Below are positions 1-14,074 of a stretch of DNA of 64,000 bases, piece by piece (the first letter of the stretch is position 1; every line of letters starts with the position of its first letter). The DNA comes from Octopus vulgaris (taxonomy: Eukaryota), in NCBI GenBank assembly GCA_951406725.2, contig OX597828.1, positions 47,492,001 to 47,556,000 of the forward strand, given 5' to 3'. The notes beneath the pieces were generated by a model. The model searched no databases. It worked only from the letters and a program-made list of their open reading frames with translations, and was not told where the DNA came from. The position numbers and the translations under genes are program-made.

Positions 1-87
1 TCATTTTTTTTTTTGTGGTTGGAGCGAGTTTCACTTGTAGTACATCTATTACTGCATTATCCAAAGCCTATCTCTTTCTCTGTCTCT

Positions 88-296
88 CTTTTACTTGTTT
101 CAGTCATTTGACTGCGGCCATGCTGGAGCACTGCCTTTTTTTAGTCGAGCAAATCGACCCCGGGACTTATTCTTTGTAAGCCTAGTACTTATTCTATCGG
201 TCTCTTTTGCCGAACCGCTAGGTAACGGGGACATAAACACACCAGCATCGGTTGTCAAGCAATGCTAGGGGGACAAACACAGGCACACAAACATAT

Positions 297-352
<56 letters not shown>

Positions 353-516
353 GACAGGCTTCTTTCAGTTTCCGTCTACCAAATCCACTCACAAGGCATT
401 GGTCGGCCCGGAGCTATAGCAGAAGACACTTGCCCAAGGTGCCACGCAGTGGGACTGAACCCGGATCCATGTGGTTCGTAAGCAAGCTACTTACCACACA
501 GCCACTCCTGCGCCTA
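88..516 (-). mobile_element. tRNA-derived SINE family B (CORE-like ccttgggcaagtg, internal TA/GT microsatellite)
   Basis: Head ggcgcaggagtggctgtgtggtaag..gggttcagtccc, tail ggtgctccagcatggccgcagtcaaatgactgaaacaag; many copies in the window. Confidence 0.85.
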
Positions 517-904
517 TCCCTTGTTTTTTTTTTCTTTTCTTTTGTTTTTGGATGGAAAGTTACTATTTGAAAGAGCGTCGGCTTTCATTTTATCCGGTTG
601 AATGGCTAGGCAGGGGCTCTCCGTCGCGAAGATTATATTTTGTCGCTTTTCCAGGCATAACGGTTTCTAACCCACTCGAAGTATTAAAACAATGGTTTAC
701 TAAATAGACACAAGACCCAAGACCTGGGCGTGTAGGGACAAGTTGATTATATCTGTTCCACTACTTAAGAGTTATTTATTTTATCAACCCTGGGAGAATG
801 AAAGGCACCCTTGACCTCAATATGATTTGAACTCAGAATACAGGGAGACATTTTTTTCTGTTTTCTTTTGATAATATATCAATAAACTTTACCTTTAATA
901 GTTT

Positions 905-1110
905 CTTTAACTTGTTACAGTCATTGGACTGCGGCCATCCTGGGGTACCACCTTGAAGGGTTTAGTCGAACAAATCGAAACCAATATGTATTTTTAAGTC
1001 TGGACTTATTCTATCGGTCTATTTTATCAAACTGCTAGGTTACGGGGACGCAAGCAAATCACCAATGGTTGTCAAGCGGTGGTGGGTGACAAGCACAAGT
1101 TACAAAGACA
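905..1110 (-). mobile_element. SINE B, degenerate 3' half
   Basis: Homology to the family B tail. Confidence 0.6.
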
Positions 1111-1206
1111 GACACATATATATATACACACACACAAACATGCATATATGCACACACACACACACATACATGCACACGCACACACACACACACACACTCA
1201 CACATA

Positions 1207-1242
<36 letters not shown>

Positions 1243-2165
1243 AAGCCCGTGTATGTATACTGCCATATACATATACACATGTGTGCTTGTCCAGCCATTC
1301 ATTCATTCATCTATACATGCATACACACACATACATGCATATATACATACTTACGTACGTACATACATGCTTACGTGCGTACATGCATACATACATGCAT
1401 ACATACATACATACATACATACAAACATACATACATACATACATACATACAAACATACATACATACATACATACATACATACATACATACAAACATACAT
1501 ACAAACATACATACATACATACATACATACATACATACATAAACACACGCACTGTACTATTGTTTGTGCCATGTGTAGAAGTAGTTAAGGAGTTCAGTAG
1601 AAAAAAAAGGGACATGGTCTAAATAGAGCCCGAGTAAACCAAAAGGGGTTGGGTAGAAAGAGTCGAGAGGGATGGAGGGGTCATTGCACCAGATACTACC
1701 CTGTGTAGTATTTGAATAGAGGTGGAGAAGAGATGAATACCAGCAGGAGAGGTAGGTAGATAGGCGGGTGGGTGGATTTGGGTACAAGTGACGTCACAGC
1801 ATCTTTTGTAATGTCTGAAATTTAAAGAATGAGGGATTGTAGCGATTGGTCCCTATTGTGGTATGTTCAATGGGAGTCAGTGAGTTGGATGATGGAGGAG
1901 TTTTGAACTGTAGGGAGGGTAAAAATAAAAGGGAAAGAAAGGGAGAGAGAGAGAGACTGAGGTTGAGAGAGAAATGTGGAGAGAAAGGGGGAAAGAAAAT
2001 GAGGAGAACGTATGAGAGGAGACAGAGGAAAAAGAGAAAACGAAAGGGTTAGAGTGAAATACAGTAAAGCATGATAATATAAGGAAGATGTATGTTATCT
2101 CTGTATCGATGTGTGTTTGTTGTATGTGTATATATACATATATATGTATATGTGTATACATCTCT

Positions 2166-2200
<35 letters not shown>

Positions 2201-2269
2201 TATATATATCATACAGAAGGAATCAAACGAAAGCTGAATAAAAATCTACCATACATTTTTTTTATATTT

Positions 2270-2553
2270 TTATCTAGTTTCAGCTCACAAGCTGTGGCCA
2301 TGCTGGGGCACCGCCATTTGGTGTTGCTACATGATTTTACTTCACGAATGCTTTTTAGCAATTGCCATTTGGTGCATGAGAGAGTTCGGTGCAGCTGCCC
2401 TCATCTGCACCTCCTGCCGTGAAGTTGGTTCATCTGGGACACCTGACAAGAAGAGATCCAGTTTTATTTTAAAGACATCTGCATCCACCCCATGCAGGTC
2501 TCTTAGGTTCTTCGGAAGGATATTGAAGAGCTGTGGGCCTCGGAAGCCCAGGC
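2270..2553 (-). mobile_element. CR1-group LINE 3' end
   Basis: LGFRGPQLFNILPKNLRDLHGVDADVFKIKLDLFLSGVPDEPT..RAAAPNSL, then 3' tail ggcggtgccccagcatggccacagc; a homologue lies at 47850-48190. Confidence 0.75.
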
Positions 2554-2559
2554 TAACAC

Positions 2560-2872
2560 AAAACAATAAACATTTTCAAAGATATGAACGAAATATTAAT
2601 TTTCAAACGATACAATAATATGTTCACCCTAAAGGATTATTTGCTATATTCAATATTTGGTGAGACCGCCTTTGCTTTCAATGACTACATTAAGTCTTCT
2701 GGGCATAGAGTCGACTAAATTTCTGCATATAACCGATGAAATCGACCTTCATCCATCTTGAACGGAGTCTCTCAACTGTGTTGCATTGCCGAGTTTTTTC
2801 TCCACAACCTTCCTTTTCAAAACAGCCCACAGATGTCCAATGAGGTTTAAACCAGGTGACATAGTAGGCCAA
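2560..2872 (-). mobile_element. Tc1 transposase C-terminal remnant
   Basis: Minus strand translates WPTMSPGLNLIGHLWAVLKRKV...LVDSMPRRLNVVIESKGGLTKY* (Tc1 consensus WPxxSPDLNPIE.LW...MP.R...VI.AKG..TKY). Confidence 0.8.
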
Positions 2873-2904
2873 GACAATACTTTTACCTTTTACCTTTGAA
2901 GTGT

Positions 2905-4319
2905 GTTTAGCACTATCTTTTGCTATCATTCCTAGGGCGCCTATGACAACAGGTTTTGTTTTAGTTTTGATGTTCCCCATTTTGCCAATTTCTATTTGAA
3001 GATCATTATACTTGCTCAGTTTTTTGTAGGTCCTGGCAGATACATTTATGTCGATTGGGACAGTCATATCAATGAGAAGGTATGATTTTTGTCTGAAGTC
3101 TTTCAATATAATGTCTGGCCTGTTCGCATCTATCTTTCAGTCAGTTTGAACGATGAAATTCCAGAGGAGTGAGATGTGATCCTTTTCAAACACTGGAGGT
3201 GGCTTGTGTTCCCACCAGTTTTTATCATGGGGTAGGTCCAGGGTTTTGCAAATTACCCAGTGAATATATTGTTCTGCTCTTTCTTGCCAATTAAGATACG
3301 CTATACGTGCAAGAAGGTTGCACATGGAGGCATGATCGATGGTTTCATTTTGTTGTTTACATACACTTGTTGGGATCCTGCCGTTCTTTAATATGTTGAC
3401 CTGGAAGCTTCTTGTAGGTAGGCATTGATCTTGGGCTGCTATGATAAACCCTTCTGTTTCTGATTTTAAACCAGAAGACACTAATCATTGATGGGTGAGG
3501 GCTTTGTCAACATCGACATTATTAGCTCTCTTTGAGAGGTTTTTCTTGCTATTTATCAGATAAAATATCTAAGGCCGCAGTTTTAGCACAGGCTTTCATA
3601 CGCTTAGCTTTTTCTGTGCTTTTTCCAGTAAGTCTAATTCTGGGATTTGTTGTATTTGGAATTCACTTTTCCTGTTCTGTTACTGAGTATGATGCTCTCT
3701 TGCTTTCATGCTTTAAGACAAGTTTTAACATCCAGTCATCAGTGTTTTTCAGACAGATGCTTAGGCCAATTGTGGCAATCTTCATTGTTAATTCCAGTTG
3801 TAAAAGTCGACGGCCACCCTTTTTTCTTGGCAGGTAAAGTCGCTCTATATCTGCCTTAGAGTGTGCATTCTATGCATTGTCAACAATTTTCGTATTTTCC
3901 AGTTAAGATTACATATTTCAGTAAGTGACCAGTTAATGATATTGAAACGGAGTCACAACTGATATGGCTAAATTATTGATCGCTTCGATCCTGTTCAATT
4001 TTTTTGTGACTTTCTTCACCTATTTGATTTTCATCTGCCTTGGTGTTTATGGTTGGTTCAGAGAATATTTCACTTTGCTTATCAGTTACATTAACTCTTT
4101 CTACCGTTGCTGCATTTCCATCAGACCTCGGTTGGTCTATAATTGTTTCCTCTATAGTATCTTCTTTGGCTGCATCTTCGTTCCCTTTATCCCTTACTGG
4201 TTGTTTTATTTGGTCAATCTCTCATTCAGTTAGTAATTTCTTTTTCATAATGTTTCTTCTGTCGTTGGCAAGTTGGTTACTGTCTATGTAGGATCTTACT
4301 TCAAGGTGCTTCAATGTAG

Positions 4320-4320
<1 letters not shown>
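2905..4320 (-). mobile_element. R4/Dong-clade non-LTR retrotransposon (RLE type), decayed
   Basis: ERLYLPRKKGGR, GLKSETEGFIIAAQDQCLPTR, ETIDH, IHWVICK, WWEHKP, NRPDI, LLIDMTVP, KLSKY, PVVIGALG. It abuts a (TTA)n tract. Confidence 0.8.
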
Positions 4321-4363
<43 letters not shown>

Positions 4364-4396
4364 ATTATTATTATCATTATTATAAGTGCTATTATT

Positions 4397-4443
<47 letters not shown>

Positions 4444-4481
4444 TATCATCATCCTCATCATCATCATCATTATTGTTGTTG

Positions 4482-4512
<31 letters not shown>

Positions 4513-4546
4513 CATTATTATTAGTGCTATTATTATTATTATTATT

Positions 4547-4583
<37 letters not shown>

Positions 4584-4634
4584 CCATTATCATCATCATC
4601 CTCATCATCATCATCATTATTGTTGTTGTTGTTG

Positions 4635-4686
<52 letters not shown>

Positions 4687-5025
4687 CATTATTATTATTA
4701 TGCAGTTAAATAGACATTTATTACAAGTTTACGCTATGCGTTTGTGGAACGCCAAATTATACTTTGACATAAACCATTATTGATATTTATAGATAGGTAT
4801 TTGTATGTATGCATACGTATTTATATATATATATGTTTGTATATAATATTGATGTTTTTTATACCGTCGGTTTCTGTTTCAAATTTTTTGTGTGTGTGTG
4901 TATCGATTAAATAATTATGCATTTGTATGTATATGTATCTGCGTGTGTGCCCCTACAAAAGTGTAATCGCCTGAGCATGTACGTGTATATAAATGTATAT
5001 ATGCCTGAACACATATACTCATATA

Positions 5026-5118
<93 letters not shown>

Positions 5119-5909
5119 TCATATGTATATATATATATATATACATATTCATATGTATATATATACATATTTATATTAGGCAAGCAATTACACACGCATA
5201 CACATATATATGCTTGAATTACATAAGTATATGATTGTATATACATGCTCACTTGTGTATAAATGTATAGCCTTTATGCATATATACATACAATAAATAT
5301 GCAAACATGTGTATGTGTGTGTGAATGCGTGTGTGTGTGTGTGTGTGTGTGGAAGTCTAGGTGTATATTTTTTCTGTGTCTGTGTGTATGACTGTTCAAA
5401 TATCTGTGCATGCATGAAATTTATATATTTATGTATACCTGTATGTGTACGTATGTCGACATACATTTACCTCTGTGCATATATAAACTTATGTATGTAC
5501 GTCTCTGTGTGTGGCTATGTTATACATGTCTGTCAGTATGTGTGTATATAAAACTATGTGTGTGTGTGTGTTTGTGTGTGTGAGTGAGTATGACTGCGTG
5601 TGCGTGGCTGTGTTTATGTGTAACTATGTCGTCAGAGGTTGGACAAAATGGCAGCCAGTGTTACATTCAGCCAAGATGGCTTCATACAAGTTTGGCGTAG
5701 AAAACGGTTCAATTAATAATCTCTTGACATTTCATTAGCTGTGACGCGTTGTTTGTGTTTGAGACTTCAATCACTGCAGCTGACATCTGCACATCGCATC
5801 TCCCGCTGATCTCCCTCCAACACAACACCGCCATACTGCGTGCCCATCGAAACCTTTGTATGGGACTCTCCGTCTATTACCCTCTCACGTATTTTCCTTC
5901 TCTACAATC

Positions 5910-6460
5910 ATTCTCTCTCTCTTTCTCTCTCCTTCTCTCTCTCTATTTCTCTCTCCCTCTCTCCCTTCTATCTTTCTCTCATCCCACTTTATCTTCCCTT
6001 TTCTCTCTTAATCTCCCGTCCTCCTGCTCTCCCTCTCTCTCTCTCTTTCTCTCTCCCTCTCTCTCTCTCTTTCACTCTCTCTCCCTCTCTCTCTCTTTTT
6101 CTCTCCCTCTCTCTCTCTTTCACTCTCTCTCCCTCTCTCCCTTCTATCTTTCTCTCATCCCACTTTATCTTCCCTTTTCTCTCTTAATCTCCCGTCCTCC
6201 TGCTCTCCCTCTCTCTCCCTCTTTCTCTCTCCCTCTTTCTCTCTCCCTCTTTCTCTCTCCCTCTTTCTCTCTCCCTCTCTCTCTCTCTTTCACTCTCTCT
6301 CCCTCTCTCTCTCTTTCTCTCTCCCTCTCTCTCTCTTTCACTCTCTCTCCCTCTCTCCCTTCTATCTTTCTCTCATCCCACTTTATCTTCCCTTTTCTCT
6401 CTTAATCTCCCGTCCTCCTGCTCTCCCCCCCTCTCTCTCTCTCTCTCTCTCTCTTTACCT
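5910..6460. repeat. CT-rich tract with three copies of a ~66-bp unit
   Basis: ctatctttctctcatcccactttatcttcccttttctctcttaatctcccgtcctcctgctctccc at about 5968, 6144 and 6362. Confidence 0.8.
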
Positions 6461-7635
6461 TTTCTCCTTTTATTTGTATCTCTTCCCTCTCACTTTTGCT
6501 TTCTATTCTCTATAAATCAATTTCTCCCTTTATCTCTCTCACTCTCTCTTCTTCCCTCTCTCTCTTTTCCCCAATCTTTCTTTTCTTCCTCTTCCCCCGC
6601 TCCTCTCCTATGTTGTTCTCCGTTTCCTTCTCTCCAATATCTATATGATACCGTTGTACCAATAACAACGACTCCACCACCTACACTACCACTACCAAAT
6701 TCAACAGCAACAGCAACAACAACAACAATACCAATACCAACACCATCAGGAGCAACAACAGCAATATCAACATTAACAACACCAGCAGCATCATCACCAT
6801 TATCCACACAAACAACAAGAGCGCCATCACCGTCTCTACCAATAACACCACCACCACCACCATCATCATCACTACAACCACCATCATCACTATCACCCCA
6901 TCACCACTACCACTATCATCACCACCATCACCACCACCACCACCACCACCACCACTACCACCATCACCATCACCACCACCACCACCATCACCACCACCAC
7001 CACCACCACTACCACCATCACCATCACCACCACCATCACCACCACCACCACCATCATCACCACCACCACCACCACCACCACCACCACCACCATCACCACC
7101 ACCACCACCACCACCATCACCACCACCACCACCACCACCACCACCACTACCAACACAACCACGAACAATCAACAACACCGCTACCACCACCAAGAATTAC
7201 CAACACAACCATCAGCACATCATAACCACCACCACCACAACCTCTACCAACATCACAGGAACTAGCATCATCACTACCGCCATCATCACTAGTATAGCTC
7301 CTTTCCGAATCATATGCACTTACATGGTCGATTTCCCGGTCTCTGTGCCGTACGTATTGGCTCCTGGATGGGTCTCCGGTCCGTCGTATCATCACAGACG
7401 CCATCATTACTGCCAATGATACCACAAATGGCGTAGACTCTGCTCGCTCGCTCTGCTAGTAATAGCAGTCAAATCTTAGTCAAGAGGCAGCTTGAAGTCT
7501 TCAGAAAAAGAAAAGGAATATTTTGAATAATTATTTCTTGAAACTTCTGAAATAATACGGAATGGTCATGATTAGAGTGTCTTTCATGATATATCTAGCA
7601 ATAATGATGCCACACCACAAACAACAACAACAACA

Positions 7636-7683
<48 letters not shown>

Positions 7684-7720
7684 GCTGCTGCTGCTACTAC
7701 TACTACTACTGCTGCTGCTG

Positions 7721-7820
<100 letters not shown>

Positions 7821-8499
7821 AGCAGCAGCAACGACAACTCCACCATCATCATCACTAAGAACCATATCATCGTCATCAGGCACTCCACCACCATTGCTAC
7901 CACTAAAACCACCACCTCAACCACAATCTACACCACCACAACTACCACCAAGATAAATAACACCAACAACAGTAGCAACACTATCATGGCCACCATCAAC
8001 ACTACACCGACACTATCGACAACACCAACATCTTCACCACCTTCAAACTTCGTTCGCCACCACCGCCGTCATGATCACCGTAACAATTAAGAATACCACC
8101 ACCACTCTCATAACCATCGCCGCCACCACTGGTTCCACATTGGCTAGCGTTACAATATTCCCCTCCCCCATTCCACTCGCCACACCCCATATCACCCTGA
8201 CTAAATTGTGTCATACTGATCCTCGCCCCAACTCGCCCGGCTCATTATGTCGACACCATTACAGAACGCCAGACACAACACCACCACCACCACTTCCCCG
8301 TGAACATCTATTCATACATATACATATATATATATATATATATATAACAGTATATACATAAAAATAGAGATGCATATATATATACATATATATATATATG
8401 CATATATGATATATATATTTATGTATATATATATATATATATAAACAGTATATACATACAAATAGAGATGCATATATATACATATATATATATATATGC

Positions 8500-8551
<52 letters not shown>

Positions 8552-8899
8552 CTACTGAAAGAGCATGTGAGAGAGATGGCATTCAGAACTGTGTCCCTCT
8601 TCTTTCCTGGACAACACCCATGTCAACGCCAGGAGACACTGACAACAACATCGGGTCAAGAAAAATTGAACAGCAGGTTGTCAGGTCAAAGGTCATGGCT
8701 TGCAAACTGGAAACAGAGTTTGGGAAGGTTTCGTAAAAGCTTACCATCTTATATATGCAGTCGTACATACATATATACATCCATCCAAACATACGTACAT
8801 ATATGCATACATACAAACATACATACATACAATATTTATTTACAGTATATTATATTGATATACATATACGTACATACATAAATACAGACAGACAGACAA

Positions 8900-8976
<77 letters not shown>

Positions 8977-9193
8977 CAGACAGATAGATAGACAGATAGA
9001 GAGAGAGAGAGAGATATGCATATATGTATGATATTTATACATATATATGTATCTATGAATACACACACACATAAATACAATATATATGTTTAACTATTTA
9101 TGTGTTTATGTTTATTTATACATATATATACATATACATACAGTATATTATATTGATATATTCAGATAGATAGATTGATTGAAAGATAGATAA

Positions 9194-9258
<65 letters not shown>

Positions 9259-10182
9259 TAGTGAGTATGTTTGTGTGTGTGTGTGTGTGCGTGTGTGTGA
9301 TTGTTTATGTATTTTGTTCATGTGTGCATATATATGTGTATATATTTGTTTCTCTATTCAAATGTGTAAACTATATTGTTATAAACTCGGGGTTTGTTTT
9401 TATTGTTCATTTCAAAATGGCTAACTCAAACGTTTGTATGGATTTGTACAGATGAATTTTTTTTTCTATCTACTTTGCATTTCTCGCTAACGAAGTGCGT
9501 GTATGGTGCACCATATTTAGAGTCTATCACCGTTTGAGGTCTGGTTAAAATTACGAAACTTGTACAGACGTGCTATATTTTTGCTGACTTGACATTTGCA
9601 ACTGTCATGCTCGCATCTGAGAATTGCAAAAGACATGTCTTCGTTAAATTTTTCTCATTTACCTCCCATTCTTTTCTGTATTTGTCTCTCCTTTTCCCTC
9701 TTCCTCTCTCTGTTTCTTTCTCTTCTTTGTTTCGTTGATGCTATCATTGATTCAAACAGGAGGGGGTGGTCTTTCTGAAATCTGTTGTTATTGTTTTTGT
9801 AATACATCTTCAGTTATAATTTGTCTTTCGAAAATTGTTACAAGTGATATTTTTGCGAGATAATGATATGTCAATATTTCCCAGATGAAGTATTATTAGA
9901 ATAATAAACATTAATCGGACTATTAACCTCGTGTCTTGTATAGCAATTTTCACGAGCGTTTTCCTCTTTGTAAATTGTGGCTGTGTGTTTATGCATGTAT
10001 GTACGTGTGTATGTATGTGTGTGTAAGTATGTGTGTATGTATATATATATATATATATATATATAAAGCTGAAGTTGTCTGTGTATGGCAGGTTTTGTAG
10101 CTCTCTCAACTAACACTATCTCCTCCGAGACCCTGCGGCGCAAGTTGACCAAAATTGAAAGTATGATAGAAGGCTTTTTAAG

Positions 10183-10263
<81 letters not shown>

Positions 10264-10267
<4 letters not shown>

Positions 10268-11024
10268 AAAATAAAAGAGCAGAGTATTTGGCATCACTCG
10301 AAAACCATTTCATTTAGATAGAGGATATAAACAGAGACTCTGTGTTTACATCCTCATAACCTAGCGGTTGGCTTGTGAAAGCGATAGAATACATACTATC
10401 TGCTCCAATTATGAAGAAAAGAGAGGATAAAACCAAAAAACCGTCAACAGTCTGTCCACTCTATGTGAAAGGCGTCTCCGAAAAGATACAAAATTTATGC
10501 GGCCCATATGACATCAGGACAGTATTCAAGAGTAATACAGCACTTCGCAAATATCTCCGGGTAAAAATCACCAATAGAATAGAATATGACTAAAGACCTC
10601 GTGTACTCCATCCCATGCAGCTGTGGTAGGTTATACAAAGGCGAAACATGCCGCCCCCTCAGAATAAGGGTAGATGAACATCGCAAAGCTGTGACACGAG
10701 GAGATGTTGATAAATCGGGTATAGCTGATCATGTATGGAAAAATGGAGACCACTTTCTCCCGTGGGGTGAATTTAAAATAATAGACAGAGAACACCATTG
10801 GAAAATAGGAAAACCAAAAGAAGTAGCACATATGCTAGGACACAACAACCTCCTAAGCAGACCGAGTGCAGATATGAATAGCAAAAGGGAACCGGTATTA
10901 AGGAATGATGGGAAAATATTAGATTTATAAGACCAAAAAATTCACTCCATATGGCGTATGGCGTAGTGGTTAAAAGCGCGGGCTACTAACCCCAACATTC
11001 CAAGTTCGATTACAGGCAGTGACT

Positions 11025-11069
<45 letters not shown>

Positions 11070-11243
11070 TCGAAAAAATACCTTAGGAATGAGAACCCAG
11101 GTGCGAAATTTCCCCAAGACACCTGATGAAGGCTGGAGGGTATATTAGCCGAAACTTTGTGTTAACAACGAACAAAGTGAGGACATATATCCGTCAAATG
11201 TAAATAATGTTCATAATTCCTCATCTCTTAAATATAGAACTGT
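10264..11243 (+). mobile_element. Penelope-like element, 5'-truncated: end of RT/linker, GIY-YIG endonuclease, pLTR with tRNA-like segment and hammerhead
   Basis: ORFs 10375-10593 (PLYVKGVSEKIQ...IRTVFKSN) and 10586-10930 (VYSIPCSCGRLYKGETCRPLRIRVDEH...SGIADHVW) match the Penelope GIY-YIG region, with a frameshift. The element starts after (TA)n. Confidence 0.85.
11118..11163 (+). ncRNA. Minimal hammerhead motif in Penelope pLTR
   Basis: GACAC-CTGATGA-A-GGCT..AGCC-GAAA-CTTT-GTGTT; stem III is degenerate (ACGT->ACTT). Confidence 0.7.
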
Positions 11244-11366
11244 ATCAAAACAATATTTCCTTTTTTATCTGAACTCTTTGTATAATATCTAAGTTTTATG
11301 AATATTTGATAGATTCTGAAGGAGTTTAAAAATGAGCGTTTCTTTTTCTTTTTTGTTCTGCAAAAT

Positions 11367-11601
11367 ATATATTTCTTTACTACCCACAGGGGGCTAAACA
11401 CAAAGAGGACAAACAAGGACAGACAAAAGGATTAAGTCGATTACATCGACCCCAGTGCGCAACTGGTACTTAATTTATCGGCCCCGAAAGGATGAAAGGC
11501 AAAGTCGACCGCGGCGGAATTTGAACTCAGAACGTAACGGCAGACGAAATACGGCCACGCATTTCGCCCGGCGTGCTAACGTTTCTGCCAGCTCGCCGCC
11601 T
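11367..11601 (-). mobile_element. tRNA-derived SINE family A (core gcctttcatcctttcggggtcgataaa..agtaccag)
   Basis: Head ggcggcgagctggcagaaacgttagc, B-box gagttcaaattcc, tail ...ttagccccttgtgggtagtaaagaaata. Confidence 0.85.
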
Positions 11602-11682
11602 TTTTCTGCATATATTCTGCATAATATAGATTGATATCTGTACGATCACTTTATCAGCTTCAGTTACATTTAATTAACAAAC

Positions 11683-11778
<96 letters not shown>

Positions 11779-11779
11779 G

Positions 11780-11857
<78 letters not shown>

Positions 11858-11892
11858 ATATATATACAATATATGTGTGTGTGTGTACATAT

Positions 11893-12097
11893 ATGTTGAT
11901 TCGCTAGCTTCTGCACGCATTTTTTTTCTCTCCTTGTTTCTCTCCGTGTTTCTTTTCTGTGTATCTTTCTGTTGAAGAGCGTAGACTCGAAACGTAAAAG
12001 ACTTGTTTTATTTATATTCCTGAGCGCCATACTAATACAATTCTTTGTTTGTATTCCACCTGCCTTCGTCTTTTGTTTATTTTCATAAAGCTTCCCG

Positions 12098-12099
<2 letters not shown>
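11893..12099 (+). mobile_element. Penelope pLTR-like fragment with minimal hammerhead variant (11964-12001)
   Basis: TCTTT-CTGTTGA-A-GAG..CTC-GAAA-CGT-A-AAAGA, a T-rich tail, and an end in (TA)n. Confidence 0.6.
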
Positions 12100-12148
<49 letters not shown>

Positions 12149-12151
12149 CGT

Positions 12152-12183
<32 letters not shown>

Positions 12184-12186
<3 letters not shown>

Positions 12187-12414
12187 TTTACTACCCACAA
12201 AGGGCTAAACACAGAGAGGACAAACAAGGACAGACAAACGGATTAAGTCGAGTACATCGACCCCAGTGCGTCACTGGTACTTAATTTATCGACCCCGAAA
12301 GGATGACAGGCAAAGTCGACCTCGGCAGAATTTGAACTCAGAACGTAACGGCAGACGAAATACCGCTAAGCATTTCGCCCGGCGTGCTAACGTTTCTGCC
12401 AGCTCACCACCTCT
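12184..12414 (-). mobile_element. SINE A directly downstream of the U6 copy
   Basis: Family A homology. Confidence 0.85.
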
Positions 12415-12467
12415 AAAAAAATTATGGAACGCTTCACGAATTTGTGTGTCATCCTTGCGCAGGGTCC

Positions 12468-12507
<40 letters not shown>

Positions 12508-12523
12508 ATTGCCGAAGCAATAT
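12415..12523 (-). pseudogene. U6: U6 snRNA copy (probable retropseudogene)
   Basis: Minus strand: TATTGCTTCGGCAATACATATACTAAAATTGGAACGATACAGAGAAGATTAGCATGGACCCTGCGCAAGGATGACACACAAATTCGTGAAGCGTTCCATAATTTTTTT. It has the ACAGAGA box, AGC triad, 5' stem-loop and T-tail. It is flanked by (TA)n at the 5' end and abuts a SINE at the 3' end. Confidence 0.9.
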
Positions 12524-12923
12524 ATATATATATAGACACATTTTATTTCTCTCTTCGCCTTTAGGCAATTTTTCAATGTAACGTCCTGTTTTTGTTATTA
12601 TTATTATCATTATTGTTTTTACGTATTTTCGTATTCTTATTCGTGTTATCATTATTATTTTTACGTATTTTTGTATTCTTATTCGTTCCCGTCCTTGTTT
12701 TGTATACATTCGAGGCTTTCTTCCAAGGACTCTAATGCGCTTGGCTTAGATTTTCCTTTGGGGCTGGCCAGGTCGGAGCAATCTCAAAATTAATCAGCTG
12801 AAATTGCGAAGATGATCCGGTTTTTGACTGAAGATTGAAGGCTTCGAATGTCCCGTCCGTTTTTTTGTATCGTCTTCTAAATGTTTTGCGTTCTTGTCCC
12901 AGTTTGTGTTTTTTTACATTTAT

Positions 12924-12981
<58 letters not shown>

Positions 12982-13481
12982 ATGAAATGGATAAATGAAT
13001 TATCTTGTTACGGATTATTCAAAATTTAACCGATACCTGTGTAGCAAAAATCACACCAGAAAAGAAACATGTGTAGAAAATAATAAAAAGGAATTTTGTA
13101 GAATCTTCGTTCGGCTCCATTTCTTCCCTTCACTATATATATATGTGTGCGTGTGAGGCACACTCACATATACACAAGTGTCTATTATATCCCGCCCGTC
13201 CCTATGCTTCACTAGTCTCTTCTCCACTTACCGTCTCCTTCACTTTATTGATTAGAATTCTTAAATACACAAAATTCAGATAAATAAATAAGCATACTTT
13301 ATCATAACTTCATTTATTGGAATTTTATAACCCTTCTTTAAACAATAGATTGAGCTTTCATCATAGATTAGCCAGTTCGTACAGGACTAACTCTCACTGC
13401 ATTTTTCTCTATCTTTCTCTCACCCATTCAACCTCCCCCCTCTCTCTCTCTATTTCTGTTTCCCTCTCTCTTTTTTTCTCT

Positions 13482-13891
13482 CTTTTACTTGTTTCAGTCA
13501 TTTTGGCTGCGGCCATGCTGGAGCACCGCCTTTTTGTCGAGCAAATCGACCCCGGGACTTATTCTTTGTAAGCCCAGTACTTATTCTATCGGTCTCTTTT
13601 GCCGAACCGCTAAGTGACGGGGACGTAAACACACCAGCATCGGTTATCAAGCAATGTTAGGGGGACAAACACAGACACACAAACATATACACAGATACAC
13701 ATATATATATATATATACATATATACGACGGGCTTCTTTTCAATTTCCGTCTACCAAATCCATTCACAAGGCATTGGTCGGCCCGGGGCTATAGCAGAAG
13801 ACACTTGCCCAAGATGCCACGCAGTGGAACTGAACCCGGAACCATGTGTTTGGTTAGCAAGCTACTTACCACACAGCCACTCCTGCGCCTA
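13482..13891 (-). mobile_element. SINE B full length
   Basis: Near-identical to 88-516. Confidence 0.85.
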
Positions 13892-14074
13892 TGTCTAAAT
13901 GCACTCACATTCTTCATTGCCATCGTTTTCTCCTCGCGCACTCTTTTCGACACACGGCTAGAGAAACAAGCATATACTCTACCAATCTTCCTTTCACACG
14001 TTTGATTTTTTCTTCTTTTTATCTTGTTTCTTTTTTTGTTTCTGTGTTTTGCTTGATTTTTGTAAATTCTGTTT

